A stretch of 64,000 bases of DNA from an uncultured cyanobacterium (GCA_963744145.1 CAVUSO010000001.1:1152001-1216000), one strand, 5' to 3'. Counted from the stretch's first letter, positions 1 through 11,639 are shown. Translations and numbers: made by a program. The notes: generated by a model from the sequence alone, not told the origin.

Positions 1-560
1 AATTTAATCTTATGTTTTATTTTGGCGATCGCAAGTATCCGCTTTGCTAGGGTTTCTGGATACCAACGTGATGTGATCCCTTTACCATTTTCTCCTTGCT
101 TGATAAAGCTAGCACCATCAGCAAGAATACCACCTCGATTAACACGATTTTTCACAATTGTAGCAAAGGCAAGAGACTCTAAAGATTGATGGGCAGTTTC
201 AATAGCTTGTCTAGCATTTTCTGGAGTTAAGTTAAAATTTCTAATAGCATCCGCTAACCATTTAGCATTAGCTTCTAAAATGATCTGCCATACAGCAGCA
301 ACACCTTCATCTTTTTCCACCATTGTTACATGATTAACTAAGCCTTCAAAAATAGCAGTTAAGCTAACAATCCCACCACCAGCAAATGGTTCAATCAATT
401 CTTTGTCTGAACCACCATATTTTAGTAACCATTGTCTAATCCGTGGAATCAACCAAGTTTTACCACCCGCATAGCGAAAAGGACTTCGCTGGGGTACGCT
501 AGCAATATTGACTATAGGTGTTTTTTTTGGATAGCTGTCGAAAATATCAATTTGAATCAT
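1..560 (-). CDS. Dam-family (D12 class) DNA adenine methyltransferase, 3' end outside window
   Basis: Manual translation from ATG at 560: MIQIDIFDSYPKKTPIVNIASVPQRSPFRYAGGKTWL...IEPFAGGGIV; SPFRYAGGK and EPFAGG are Dam-type motifs; directly downstream of the endonuclease gene. Confidence 0.85.
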   Translation of the reverse strand, partial: MIQIDIFDSYPKKTPIVNIASVPQRSPFRYAGGKTWLIPRIRQWLLKYGGSDKELIEPFAGGGIVSLTAIFEGLVNHVTMVEKDEGVAAVWQIILEANAKWLADAIRNFNLTPENARQAIETAHQSLESLAFATIVKNRVNRGGILADGASFIKQGENGKGITSRWYPETLAKRILAIAKIKHKIK

Positions 561-568
561 TGCTATTT

Positions 569-1441
569 TTACTGTAAAGGAATATCAAGGATAGTTTGTG
601 TCTCGCTGGGATAGTCAAGTTTTTGATCAAGTTTTTGTTGCAATATTTTAATAAAGTCTTCTAATTTTCCAGGTTCTGGAGTAGAAATACGATTAATTGC
701 TGGCCAATACTCTGTATAAACTACATTGCTCAAAACTAAATTAAATTGATCATTTTGCTGTTGTAAATCATAAAGATACCAGGCAATTTCAGCTTTTTCC
801 TGTTCAATTTGTGGTAAGTTAGGTAATGTGTCAAAAAAACTTTTTTGAACAACAATTGCCTGTTTTTTATTCCACCCACGCAAGATTGCACCTTTATAAA
901 GTAATTGGGGGATTAATCGCTTACGTGAAGATGACAGATAGTCGGGAGTAGGGTAATAATTGGCTAACCTTGACCAATTTATATTTTCCCAACCTTCAGG
1001 ATCATTCATGTAAGTCTCGAAAGGCTCACGTATATTACCAGATATATAGACAGCTTGGATCTCAATCGCCCCACAATCTATTACCCTCCCTCTATCATCA
1101 TAGGAAACCAGTATAACATCAACATTCCCTGCTGATTGTCCATCAGCATTCTTTAAACGAACCTCTATGAGCGAAGTCCAGTTTGCGTTGTTTCCAAAAA
1201 AGAAATTTGCAGCATTTTCAGCAATTAACCAATCTTGTCTAAATCGAATTGGACAGGTGATGACTGGGGAGTTTTTGTGATAAATACTGCATACCCCCAG
1301 AGGATTGTTAGCTTTGTCCTTTGTGCAATTAGGTACTTTATTATTATATGGACAGAGTTTATTGCGTCGATAACGTTTTGCTTGGTCTGAAAAACTATTA
1401 TTGGGGAAGCCAAAAACTTCTGCTAATGGATTATTCGGCAT
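569..1441 (-). CDS. NotI-family type II restriction endonuclease
   Basis: N-terminal EVFG followed by CP...C...GVCS...CPIRF four-Cys metal site and a GNVD...EIQ catalytic-like segment; tandem with the methyltransferase. Confidence 0.75.
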   Translation of the reverse strand: MPNNPLAEVFGFPNNSFSDQAKRYRRNKLCPYNNKVPNCTKDKANNPLGVCSIYHKNSPVITCPIRFRQDWLIAENAANFFFGNNANWTSLIEVRLKNADGQSAGNVDVILVSYDDRGRVIDCGAIEIQAVYISGNIREPFETYMNDPEGWENINWSRLANYYPTPDYLSSSRKRLIPQLLYKGAILRGWNKKQAIVVQKSFFDTLPNLPQIEQEKAEIAWYLYDLQQQNDQFNLVLSNVVYTEYWPAINRISTPEPGKLEDFIKILQQKLDQKLDYPSETQTILDIPLQ

Positions 1442-1495
1442 ACTTTTTTAACTAATTAATCCCATCAGTGATCACAACAGTATCTGAAAGTGTCC

Positions 1496-2101
1496 TCAAT
1501 CGAAAATTGCATTCATCAAAACTTCAGTCAAGGTCATATTTTCCATATCATCGATCGTAACTGTATCAACTATATCAAACTTCGCTCCAATACTTTGCAA
1601 ACTATCATCTAATGCTTTCAGAAATAAAGTAGCTGTTGGATCGTTTCCCACTTGAATAAAAGAAATTGCTAACTCCTCGTCTCGATCGAGACGACAGGAA
1701 ACATCAACGATCGCTTTCATTACAGCTTTGCGATCGTCTGGTTCCCCATCAGTGACCACAATAATAGTTTCTCCATTAAGTTTTGTTTGTTTATTAGCTT
1801 TCCGCTGTAAATACTGATTAGTTGCATCAATTAATACACTAGCTAAATCTGTACTACCAGATGGCTCATTTTCGGTAAATATCTGTGCTACTTTACTAGC
1901 AGTAACATTATCATATCGCTTAAAGCGTCCGGCAAATACATAAACAGTAATCCCATCTGGATCTAATTCTTCACACTTACTCGCGATCGCTAAGGTAGAT
2001 TCTTGCATGACCGACCAGCGACTTTTATTACCACGCTGGTCTTTAGTAGACATACTACCACTCTTATCAATTATTAATGTATAGTCTCTATTGTCTAACA
2101 T
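1496..2101 (-). CDS. vWA domain protein
   Basis: MIDAS motifs IIDKSGSM and VVTDGEP. Confidence 0.85.
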   Translation of the reverse strand: MLDNRDYTLIIDKSGSMSTKDQRGNKSRWSVMQESTLAIASKCEELDPDGITVYVFAGRFKRYDNVTASKVAQIFTENEPSGSTDLASVLIDATNQYLQRKANKQTKLNGETIIVVTDGEPDDRKAVMKAIVDVSCRLDRDEELAISFIQVGNDPTATLFLKALDDSLQSIGAKFDIVDTVTIDDMENMTLTEVLMNAIFD

Positions 2102-2219
2102 GATCTTGTCCTATTTTTTCTATCAAGAGTTAGGGGTGATTTCTAGAAATCCACCCCCTGCAAAAAAATAAATAGCTGTGCGATCGCAATAACTAAAAAT
2201 AGCTACTTAATTGATCATT

Positions 2220-2696
2220 CTAAGCAGCTATCAAAGTTGATTTGAGTGGTTTCCAACTAAATACGCGATCGCCACCTAATTCCACTACCACCTTCACTCT
2301 TGGTTCTAATTCTGGTAAAAGTGTCAAATATTCAAGTTCTTGTTGAGATAAAATATGTCCCTCAATTATCCACAGCACCAGTCCCTTAGACTTGGGAGGT
2401 AAATGATCTAATTGGGAAGTGACGATCGGTGGGACAAAATAAACATACCCCACTGCTGCACCAGAGCTAGTGCTTTTTTTACCTAAATGGGGTGGACGTA
2501 CCCCATGAATCCCCGTGAGATACATAGATAGATCCCCCAATCCACGGGCACTCATATTCAAAGCAGTATATCCAGCAGCCCGAATCCGTCGGAGATAGCG
2601 TCCTTCAAATCCCCCTTCGAGAGGAACATAGACACCTACAGCTCCGGAATCTTCTAGATCGCGAATCAAATCCTTACCAGTTGTAATCAGTGCCAT
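2220..2696 (-). CDS. ndhN: NAD(P)H-quinone oxidoreductase subunit N
   Basis: MALITTG...VPLEGGFEGRY...GVRPPHLGK signature, 158 aa. Confidence 0.95.
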   Translation of the reverse strand: MALITTGKDLIRDLEDSGAVGVYVPLEGGFEGRYLRRIRAAGYTALNMSARGLGDLSMYLTGIHGVRPPHLGKKSTSSGAAVGYVYFVPPIVTSQLDHLPPKSKGLVLWIIEGHILSQQELEYLTLLPELEPRVKVVVELGGDRVFSWKPLKSTLIAA

Positions 2697-2790
2697 AAAT
2701 TAGCGTCTTGCCCTTTTTCACAATTTTATGGATTTTACGTCATTTTGTCTTATTATATGTCACCAGTAATCACCCAACTTGAATATTTCC

Positions 2791-2855
2791 TCGATCGCCA
2801 CATGATCTCTGGGGCGTATTATTTGTAGGGGCGTATTGTAATACGCCCCTACAGG
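2791..2855. repeat. REP-like GTAG palindrome unit; left copy of a ~65-bp direct repeat (partner 14160-14225)
   Basis: Contains TGTAGGGGCGTATTGTAATACGCCCCTACA; aligns with 14160-14225 with about 9 differences. Confidence 0.75.
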
Positions 2856-3216
2856 TCATGGGTAAATCGGTTTTGTGCTTTCCAGCTTGTAGCTCTGTCG
2901 TTCAGTTTTAAACGATCCAAGGGGTTGGAGCTATTGTAGCCGTTTTTCTGGCACCTGATCACCTTAGTCTGGTCAGATCATCCATACCATCTGATCTTTT
3001 CACACTTATTCAGCCAACACTCATTAGCATCTATTAAATTTTCTGTAGCTTTATGTGAAGTTTTTTATCGATTGATTAGTCTTACATAAAAATTTTTCTT
3101 TTTTTAGATATATTTGAGAAGATCGAATTTCTTAGTTTTGTAATAGATCGGCTTGTAGTTGAGCTGTCTAGTTTTTTGGACTCAGTAAATGTTGTGTTGG
3201 ATGGGAAAATCTTGAA

Positions 3217-5946
3217 ATGGCTCAAAAGATAATAAGTTGTTGGAAATTAGGTTTAGTAGGTTGGTTTTTTGTGAGTGGAGCGATCGCATTCTTTAGTGAA
3301 TGCACCTTGGCTCAAATGATCCCTGATCCTACCCTACCAATCAATTCTGTTGTCTCCCTCCAAAACAACACTAGCTTGATTCAGGGAGGAACTAAAGCAG
3401 GAAGTAACTTATTCCACAGTTTTAAAGAATTTTCTGTTCCCACCGGAATTACAGCTTACTTCAACAATACTCCAGATATCCAAAACATCATTACTAGAGT
3501 TACAGGAGATTCTATCTCTCAAATTGATGGGTCACTGAAAACCAATAATACTGCTAACCTTTTTTTACTCAATCCCAAAGGAATTATCTTTGGTCCAAAT
3601 ACCAAGCTAGATTTAGGAGGTTCTTTTCTAGCGAGTACAGGAAATAGGATCAGCTTTGCTGATGGTACTTTTTTTAGCACCCAAGTTAGTCAATCTTCAC
3701 CACTACTAACCGTTAACGTACCAATGGGATTGCAATATGGCAGTAATGTTGGCAATATTCAAGTACAACATGGAGCTAATCTCCAAATGTCATCTGGTCA
3801 GACTTTAGCTTTAATCGGAGGTAATGTGATGGTAGATGGTGGAGTTTTAAAAGTCCCAGGAGGTCGAATTGAATTAGGAGGTTTAACTGAAACAGGAAAT
3901 ATTGGTTTGACAATTGAGGGTAACCATTTATCTTTAAATTTTCCGAACCAAATAACAGGAACTACTGTCTCATTTACTAACAATTCTGAAGTCAATGTTC
4001 GCGATATTAATGGTGGTGATATTGGGATTCATTCTCAAGACTTAAACCTGGGAGGAGGAAGTCAATTATTAGCTGGAATATCCCAGGGAAAATCGCTTAA
4101 CTCTCATGCTGGCAATATAGAGATTAATGTGACTGGAAAAATAAATTTTAGTGATACAGATAGCCTGATTTCTAACTCAGTCCTATATAACTCTATTGGT
4201 CAGGGAGGTAATATCAATATTACAGCAGCCTCGCTCTATGTTAGCAATGGGGCTGTTTTGCAAGATAGCACTTTTGGACAAGGGAATGCAGGCAATATAA
4301 ATATTAATGTTCGGGAGCAAGCCTCTTTTGATGGAATGGGTAATAGTGGTGTCTATAGTGGTGCTTATAGTCGGATTGAGTATCCCGACACTATTGGTCA
4401 AGGAGGTAGTATTAATATTACAACCAGGTCGCTTCTTGTTACTAATGGTGCTGTCATTACCGGTAGTACAAATGGCAAAGGAAACGCATCTAATATAAAT
4501 ATTAATGCACAGGATTCTGTAGTTTTAGATGGTGTAGGTATCTATAGTAAAGCTTCTGGTATTCAACAATCTAGTGGTGTTTATAGCAGTATTAAAGATT
4601 ATGGCGTAGGAGCAGGGGGACTAATTAAGATTACAACTGGTCTTCTTTCTGTTTCCAATGGTGCTGTTGTGATAGCAAGCACTCGAAATAAGGGAAATGG
4701 AGGCAATATTGAGATTAATGCAGAAAAGGTAAATCTTACTGGAGTTGGAATCAGCGGACAAACTAGTGGATTATTTACACCTAGTGAAGTGACTGCAAGT
4801 GGAAACGGGGGAGATATTATTGTTAATACTCATACTTTTCAAGTTACAGATGGAGCGGTGGTGAGTTCACGGACTCTCAATTCTAGCAATGGTGGTAACG
4901 TTACTATCAACACTAAATATTTTGAAGCAACTAATGGAGGACAAGTTATCGCTAGCACTCTTGGCAGCGGTAAAGCCGGAGATATTTCACTAAATGCTGA
5001 TCAGATTATTCTTGCTGGTAAAGACCCTAATTTTGCCAGCCGTGCAGCCGCAGTTCCTGGAGATAGTGTGAGTACAGAAGGGTTATTCAGCGGAGTATTT
5101 GCCCGTACATCTGCACAGTCTACAGGTGCTGGAGGAAACCTATTCGTTAATGCAAAACAATTAATCGTTAGAGATGGGGCGCAAGTTACAGTTAGCGCTC
5201 AAGGACAAGGAGCAGCAGGAAACCTGATTATTAATGCTCAATCGTTACAAATGAACAATGGTAATATCACTGCTGAAACTCAAGCTGGTAATTTTGGCAA
5301 TATTTTGATCCAATCTCAAAATCTAGTCTTGCGTAACGTTAGCGCGATTACAACTAATGCTCAAAATAATGCTACTGGCGGTAACATTAGCATCAATACA
5401 GGTGTCTTAACAGCTTTAGAAAATAGTGATATAAGTGCCAATGCGGTCAGAGGTAATGGTGGTAGCGTTCAAATTGATGCTCAGGGGATTTTCGGAACCC
5501 AATTTCGCCCTCAACTAACTCCGGAAAGCGATATTACAGCTAGTTCGGTTTTTGGAAGACAGGGAGAGGTAAAGCTAAATACTCCAGATGCTAATCCTAG
5601 TTCTGGATTAGTCAAGTTACCATCAGAATTTGTTGATATATTTAACCAGATTGCACTAGGCTGTCCAGCCGATCGAGATAGTACACTTACTCTGGTCGGA
5701 AGTGGTGGTTTGCCACCTAATCCCATTGAACTATTACGAACTGAAGCAGTGATTACAAATGATGTTGTGAGCCAAACTAAGCCAAAAACTATTTCTGAGT
5801 CGGTAATTTCCACTCCTACAGAACTGATCGAAGCTGGAGGATGGATAATTAATGCTCAGGGTAAGGTAGTTTTGATCGCTAAAACTCCTACAAGTATATT
5901 CTACCAGTCTTGGCTGACTCCTATAAAGCCTATGACCTGTTTATGA
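3217..5946 (+). CDS. Filamentous haemagglutinin-like (TPS N-terminal domain) secreted protein
   Basis: Signal peptide, NLFHSF and NLFLLNPKGIIFG TPS-domain motifs, GxAGNI beta-helix repeats, C-terminal EAGGW motif. Confidence 0.9.
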   Translation: MAQKIISCWKLGLVGWFFVSGAIAFFSECTLAQMIPDPTLPINSVVSLQNNTSLIQGGTKAGSNLFHSFKEFSVPTGITAYFNNTPDIQNIITRVTGDSISQIDGSLKTNNTANLFLLNPKGIIFGPNTKLDLGGSFLASTGNRISFADGTFFSTQVSQSSPLLTVNVPMGLQYGSNVGNIQVQHGANLQMSSGQTLALIGGNVMVDGGVLKVPGGRIELGGLTETGNIGLTIEGNHLSLNFPNQITGTTVSFTNNSEVNVRDINGGDIGIHSQDLNLGGGSQLLAGISQGKSLNSHAGNIEINVTGKINFSDTDSLISNSVLYNSIGQGGNINITAASLYVSNGAVLQDSTFGQGNAGNININVREQASFDGMGNSGVYSGAYSRIEYPDTIGQGGSINITTRSLLVTNGAVITGSTNGKGNASNININAQDSVVLDGVGIYSKASGIQQSSGVYSSIKDYGVGAGGLIKITTGLLSVSNGAVVIASTRNKGNGGNIEINAEKVNLTGVGISGQTSGLFTPSEVTASGNGGDIIVNTHTFQVTDGAVVSSRTLNSSNGGNVTINTKYFEATNGGQVIASTLGSGKAGDISLNADQIILAGKDPNFASRAAAVPGDSVSTEGLFSGVFARTSAQSTGAGGNLFVNAKQLIVRDGAQVTVSAQGQGAAGNLIINAQSLQMNNGNITAETQAGNFGNILIQSQNLVLRNVSAITTNAQNNATGGNISINTGVLTALENSDISANAVRGNGGSVQIDAQGIFGTQFRPQLTPESDITASSVFGRQGEVKLNTPDANPSSGLVKLPSEFVDIFNQIALGCPADRDSTLTLVGSGGLPPNPIELLRTEAVITNDVVSQTKPKTISESVISTPTELIEAGGWIINAQGKVVLIAKTPTSIFYQSWLTPIKPMTCL

Positions 5947-6329
5947 AGTATAGCAGTGTTGTCTGTAATGCCAGATGGGGTATGTCTCGACTACGCCTTG
6001 TGTTGAGCGTAGTCGAAACATCGACACAAGAGTTCATTAAGGTGATCGGTGGGGCGGGGCGGGTTCATCAAGGTTATTTGTGTGTGGCAAATTCAGCGGT
6101 GAACCCGCCCCTACAGATAATAAATATGTTCGGTTCTGGGATTATTTACCAAAAAATCGATAAAATCGATGAATTGATGATGACAATCAACCAGGATTTG
6201 TAGGGGCGGGTTCACCGATCAATTTTGTTGATCACCGATCACCATCATAAACCCGCCCAACCAACACGGATCACTCACAATAACAATAAATTATCACCAT
6301 TCACGCCAAATCTTACTGTACTTCATCAA
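5940..6329. mobile_element. MITE-like composite repeat containing an inverted pair of REP-like elements
   Basis: Imperfect terminal inverted repeats (ATGAAGTATAG / CTGTACTTCAT), hairpin TCGACTACGC...GCGTAGTCGA, two GGGGCGGGTTCA...AACCCGCCC units in inverted orientation; right part recurs at ~61145-61223. Confidence 0.5.
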
Positions 6330-6351
6330 CAAGGAATATGCTGTAAACTCC

Positions 6352-8965
6352 ATGAATTATAAAAAGTTCCAATTAAATAGAGTTAATATCCAGATGTATC
6401 GCCGAACTTTGGTGCTATTTTCTTTATTTCTATTCGTACTCATTTCTACTTTGAGTATTCCTGTATTGTCAGTTGAGCCTTTATTAACAAAGCAATCTTC
6501 TTTTCTTATTTCTCAAGATGATAATATATCAGAGATAATTAATCAGGGTAAAATATTTTACCAAAATGGAAACTTCAAGGAATCTGCCATAATTTGGCAA
6601 AAAGCCGCTGATACTTACGCGCAAATGGGCAATAAAGAGGGGGTGAGCGAGAGTTTAATTAACAAAGCCGAAGCTTTACAAGCATTGGGGTTTTATCCTA
6701 AAGCTTGTAATACTTTACTGCAAGCTTTTGAAATTACTGAATTAGATTGTCAGCAATTAATTCAAAAGCATCAAATGCTTCAAGACCAAGATAATCAAGC
6801 GATTAAAGATAGACCAGAGGATTTTATAATTAATCCTCTTGAAAAAAGACCAGATTCTCTCGCGAAAACTATTGGTTTACGGAGTCTAGGTGATTTATTA
6901 CAAAAACTTGGGGATTTAGAATTATCTAAAATAATTTTACAACTAAGTTTAAAGGTTTCTCAGAAATTGCCGTCTGCTTCAGAGTTAAGTGCAACCATGC
7001 TAAGTTTAGGAAATACCGAATTTGCTCAAGCTATTAGTGAAACAGAATTACCAAGTATTACCAATGAACAAGAATATACTCCTTTCACTTGTATAAGAAC
7101 ACCTACTAGTTATGGTAAAACAAAAGAGCATTATCAAAAGGCGATCGCCCATTATAAACAAGCTACTGCTGAATCGGGTTCTCCGACTACACATATTCAG
7201 GCACAGCTCAATCAGCTAACCACATTAATAACTCTCGAACAATGGTTAGATGCTCAAAAATTATGGCCTCAAATTCAATCTCAGATCAACAGCTTACCTG
7301 CCAATCGAACCATAATTAATGCTCAAATTAATTTAGCACATAATTTAATCTGTCTGAGACAATTAACTAACCTAGATACTCCATCCCAGCCAGAAATTGC
7401 TCAACTATTAGTCACATCTATTCAACAGGCTGAAAAAATCAATGATTGGAAAGGTAAATCCTATGGGTTAGGTTATCTTGGTGGACTATATAGTTACAAA
7501 CAATTTAGTTCTGAATATCTTAACTATGCCCAAACTTTAACCGAGACAGCTCTGATGTTGACTCTAGCTAATAGCGCACCAGCTCTATCCTATCAATGGT
7601 TATGGCAGTTAGGAGCTATTTTTGAAAAGCAGGGAAAAACTAATAAAGCGATCGCTGCTTATACTCAAGCTTTTCATACTATTGAATCTCTCAGAAGTAA
7701 CTTAATTAGCATTAATACAGATATTCAGTTTTCATTCCGAGACAGAATAGAGCCTATTTATCGAGAATTAGTTAGTTTACTTTTGCAATCAAAAGAACCT
7801 ACTCAAGAGCATTTAGAATTAGCTCGTTATGTAATTCAATCTCTGGAAATTGCCGAATTAGAAAATTTTCTAAGATGTAGTCTAGTTGATCGCAAACCTA
7901 AGCAGCTAGATGAAATTCTTAAACGAGAAAGTCAAACAGCAGCAATTTACCCAATTATCTTAAATAAGAGATTAGAAATTATTCTTAAGCTACCTAATCA
8001 GCCACTACTTCATCGTTGGTCTTCCTTACCTGAATATAAGGAAGTAGAAACTACCATTGATGAATTGTCTGTAGATTTAAAGAAACGCTACGACATTGAA
8101 GCAATTTTACCTTTGGCAGAAAAGGTTTATGATTGGTTAATTAGACCTTTAGAAGCAGACTTAAGCGGAATCAATACTTTGACATTTGTGTTAGACAGTT
8201 CTTTGCAAAAGATTCCAATGGCTGCTCTATATGATAGCAAAAATCAGAAGTATCTGGTTGAAAAATATGCTATAGCAGTAGTACCAAGTTCACAGATATT
8301 AGACTTAAAAGTATCTAAAGAGAAGCCTTTTAACAAAATTTTAATTGCTGGATTAACTAAAGAAAAAAATCTCGTGAGAAAAGGTCAACAATTCAAATTT
8401 GCTTCTTTAAATAATATCAAGAATGAAGTCAGGCAAATTCAGAAAATTATCCCTAACTCTCAGGTACTTTTAGATGAGGATTTTAAAATCGAGAATTTTA
8501 AAAAGCAGCTAAACTCATCAGGTTATACAGTGCTACATTTGGCAACTCACGCTCATTTTAGTTCAGATCCAAAGTTAACCTTTATTCTGACCGATTCAAA
8601 AGAACCGCTTGACATAGAGCAATTGAGAAAAATCCTCCAAAGTAGAAGTCAAAAAAGACCTGAAGAAATTGTATTAATGGTTCTAAGTGCTTGTGAAACT
8701 GCTGAAGGAGATAAACGGGCTACTTTGGGGCTTGCTGGAGTAGCAGTTAGATTCTGGAGTGCGTAGTACATTGGGAACTCTTTGGCAAGTAGATGATGAG
8801 TCTACTAGCGACTTCATGAGTCAGTTTTATCAAAACATAGCTACGGGAAAAATCACAAAAGCATCAGCACTTCAGCAAGCCCAAATATCTCTATTACATC
8901 AAGACTCAAACAAAAACCATCCCTATTTATGGGCACCTTACATTTTAGTAGGTAATTGGTTGTAG
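6352..8965 (+). pseudogene. Secreted TPR-CHAT (caspase/HetF-like) protease with a +1 frameshift near 8752
   Basis: Hydrophobic N-terminus, TPRs, LHLATH and LSACETAEGD catalytic motifs; the CHAT C-terminus (RSTLGTLWQVDD...HPYLWAPYILVGNWL) lies in the next frame at 8759-8965. Confidence 0.85.
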
Positions 8966-8970
8966 AAACT

Positions 8971-10048
8971 TTATGGCTTTGATGGTTGCAATTTCTGTAA
9001 CTGTTGTTCTAATTGCTTTAAATGTTCCCGATCACCCAAGTTTTGATAGCTAGTTTTTGCCTGATTTAGCCATGCGATCGCTTCATTTACATTACCTAGA
9101 GCTTGGTAAACTTTTCCTAAACTAGCTTGGATCTGAGCTTGTTTCTCTAGATCGCTAGTTGTTTGAGTCAGATCAATAGCTTTTAAATAGCTATTTTTTG
9201 CTGATATCTACCAGTCCTAAATATATATACAAATCGCCTAGGTTTTGCTCGACTGCTACTATTTTACTCCCCCGGCTCAAGTCTTCTAGTTTCTCAATCG
9301 CTTCAGCGAATAGTTTATTTTTTTGATAAATATCAACTATAGCTAAAGTTTTTGCTTCATTAGGTAAATCTTGGTTGACAATTTGCTCGATCTCCATACT
9401 CACTCGTTGAGCATCCTCAGCTTTGAGTAAGGTGAACACTTCCTTTGATTCTGATTGATTATCAATTACTTTAACAGTGAGTAAATATCTCCCCCCTGGT
9501 TGTAGGGGTTGATCGCCAGCATAAACAATCTCAGTGTTGTTTACTTCTTGTTGCCAATCTACTCCTCCCGTACCTGTTACTGTTACGATATAGCTAGTAG
9601 CACCTAAAACCGGATGCCAACGCAATCTGGGTTTATTATTTAGTAATGCCGTTTTTCGAGGGGTGATAATGTCGGGAATAGAAGAATCAGAACTACGAGT
9701 CGGACCGATATATCCACTTGGAGTAAATATCTTTTGTGATGTTGATGGACAGCCATTATTAGCCCCTGAAATACCTTCTGGGACGCGCCAAGTTTGGTGG
9801 TTAGCGTAACAGAGAACAATCGTTTTTACTCCCCTACTTAGTTTGAGTGAATCACCAGGATAAAGAAGTGTATCCTTGCTAGTTGGATGGAATTCTGACC
9901 ATCCTTGACGTTGGAGCAATACTGCACCATTAGCGATATCAACAATTTTTCCAATGGGAGAAGAATTAGATTGTGCTAGAGCTAACTTCCCATATATAGG
10001 AGATAAAATTAAGGCTAATCCGATCGAAAACATTATTTTGTGTTTCAT
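8971..10048 (-). pseudogene. Secreted DUF928-like/TPR protein with a +1 frameshift in a T6 tract (9194-9199)
   Basis: Signal peptide and P-x-L-R-W segment; removing one base continues the frame as KNSYLKAIDL...LGKVYQALGNVNEAIAWLNQAK (TPR) to a stop at 8971. Confidence 0.7.
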
Positions 10049-11229
10049 GGTTTTATTTTTTGCCGTGCCATACTAATCCAGCTTACCTCATCTTGATTAT
10101 ACATAGAAGCATATCTAAGACATTGTTTCCATTCAGCTAATGCTTTTTTATTGGATTCATGCTCTAGTATTTGAGCTAGTAAACAGTGAGCAGGAGCGCG
10201 ATCGCTAACTAATTCAATTGCATTTTCTAACTCAGCTTTAGATTCAGCATAGCGACCTAATTTTAGTAGCGCCCATCCCTGATTTTTATGGATATCTGAT
10301 TTAACAACTTTATCTTCAGTTAAGGGGAGGGCTTTTTGGAGTAGATCGAGAGCAGCAGTAAAATTTTTGAATTGAGTCACGTACAAATGAGCTTTGTTAT
10401 TATAAGCGGAAGCAGCAGTAGAGCTATCAGAAAGAGCTTTTGAATATTCTGCATCAGCATCTTTATAATTATGTTGGTCTTCATATATTGTTCCCAAGTT
10501 ATAGTGAGCTGCTGCTGAATTTGGGTTAAATTTCAGTGCCCACTGATAACCAAACTGGGCTTCAGGTAGTTTACCCACTAAGTAATTAGTTATTCCATAC
10601 CAATTAGCTAACCATGATAAAATAAAAGTAAAACTGACTATTCCGATTGATAGTAATAATGACCCTCCAGGTTTTGTGAAGTTTATGAAATCATACCAGT
10701 GTTCTGTGCGACTTCTAGTTTGATGGAAAAAGGTTTGGGAAGATGGTTGGGATGCTTGACTATGAGAATTAAATGAATTATCCTCTGGTTCACCATCTTG
10801 AGAATTGTCAGCTTTAGGAAATTGATCCTCGTTTCCATTAAATCGGTTTTCGCGATCGCTACAATCGGGTTTGGTACAGTGGGTTACTTTTGCTCCATTA
10901 AGTTCTGGTTGGACTGAGACTGGGGGTTGAATCTGGAGAGAGCATTTTTCCTGCAATTGCTGTAAGTATAGTTTTCTAAAAATTTGTAGTGCAGTTTTTT
11001 TCCGGACTCTTTCCCTGGTTACCATTGACAGAGACTTCCATAGATTGGGGGTAAGAACCCGCTGGACATAGCTATTTTCATAGCCATCATACCGAATATG
11101 ATTGAGTTTATTTCCTTGAAAAGCTTGTTTCAGTATTTCTTTTTGGACAGTATCCAAATGTTGTCCAGTTTTTTCATGGACTAAGTTCTCTGTAAAATCT
11201 ACAAGCTTTGAAATTTCGTCCGCATCCAT
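10045..11229 (-). CDS. Membrane-anchored protein: N-terminal putative winged-HTH domain, one TM helix, C-terminal TPRs
   Basis: HLDTVQKEIL...LWKSLS...RVRKK resembles cyanobacterial N-terminal HTH domains; TM segment LLLSIGIVSFTFILSWL; TPRs such as AAAHYNLG; start chosen at MDADE (ORF open from 11280). Confidence 0.65.
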   Translation of the reverse strand: MDADEISKLVDFTENLVHEKTGQHLDTVQKEILKQAFQGNKLNHIRYDGYENSYVQRVLTPNLWKSLSMVTRERVRKKTALQIFRKLYLQQLQEKCSLQIQPPVSVQPELNGAKVTHCTKPDCSDRENRFNGNEDQFPKADNSQDGEPEDNSFNSHSQASQPSSQTFFHQTRSRTEHWYDFINFTKPGGSLLLSIGIVSFTFILSWLANWYGITNYLVGKLPEAQFGYQWALKFNPNSAAAHYNLGTIYEDQHNYKDADAEYSKALSDSSTAASAYNNKAHLYVTQFKNFTAALDLLQKALPLTEDKVVKSDIHKNQGWALLKLGRYAESKAELENAIELVSDRAPAHCLLAQILEHESNKKALAEWKQCLRYASMYNQDEVSWISMARQKIKP

Positions 11230-11561
11230 AAAATAGATTTTAATTTTAATTCTCAAGTATAAGCATAATCTATTTTTCATATTCTCATTTTTAATGAAAA
11301 TTTAATTTTCTGAAGTTTATGAACTTTCTGAATTTCCCAAAAAATAATGATATGAATTTCATGATATTGACTTGTTTTAAATGTAAAAGTAAAAATATTT
11401 AGAGTACCAGAAGACATTTCTTGGTATCAGAAAACTGGATTTGAAACTCTAGCCAATTTATCATTTCAATAACTAAGACTGCGCGATCTGAAAATTCAGG
11501 TTTCAAATTAGTTATTTTTTATATGGCTGGAGCTAAACATTTACAGATAAAAAATACAAAC

Positions 11562-11639
11562 TAATATCAATTGCATAAATTAGCCCTACAGATGAGACAG
11601 ATATATCAGATGTAGTCAGAATTTAAAAAATTGGTATTA
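11562..11639 (+). promoter_or_regulatory. 78-bp imperfect palindromic upstream element, copy 1
   Basis: 69/78 identical to 48087-48164; ends 46 nt before the PEP-CTERM gene ATG. Confidence 0.65.

Noticed and set aside
2856..3020. Possible degenerate IS end (TTCACACTTATTCAGCCAACAC)
   Set aside because: Weak resemblance to the 12.6-kb MITE end; no partner TIR or TSD found
5910..6203. 97-aa ORF between the haemagglutinin-like and CHAT genes
   Set aside because: Lies almost wholly within palindromic repeat DNA
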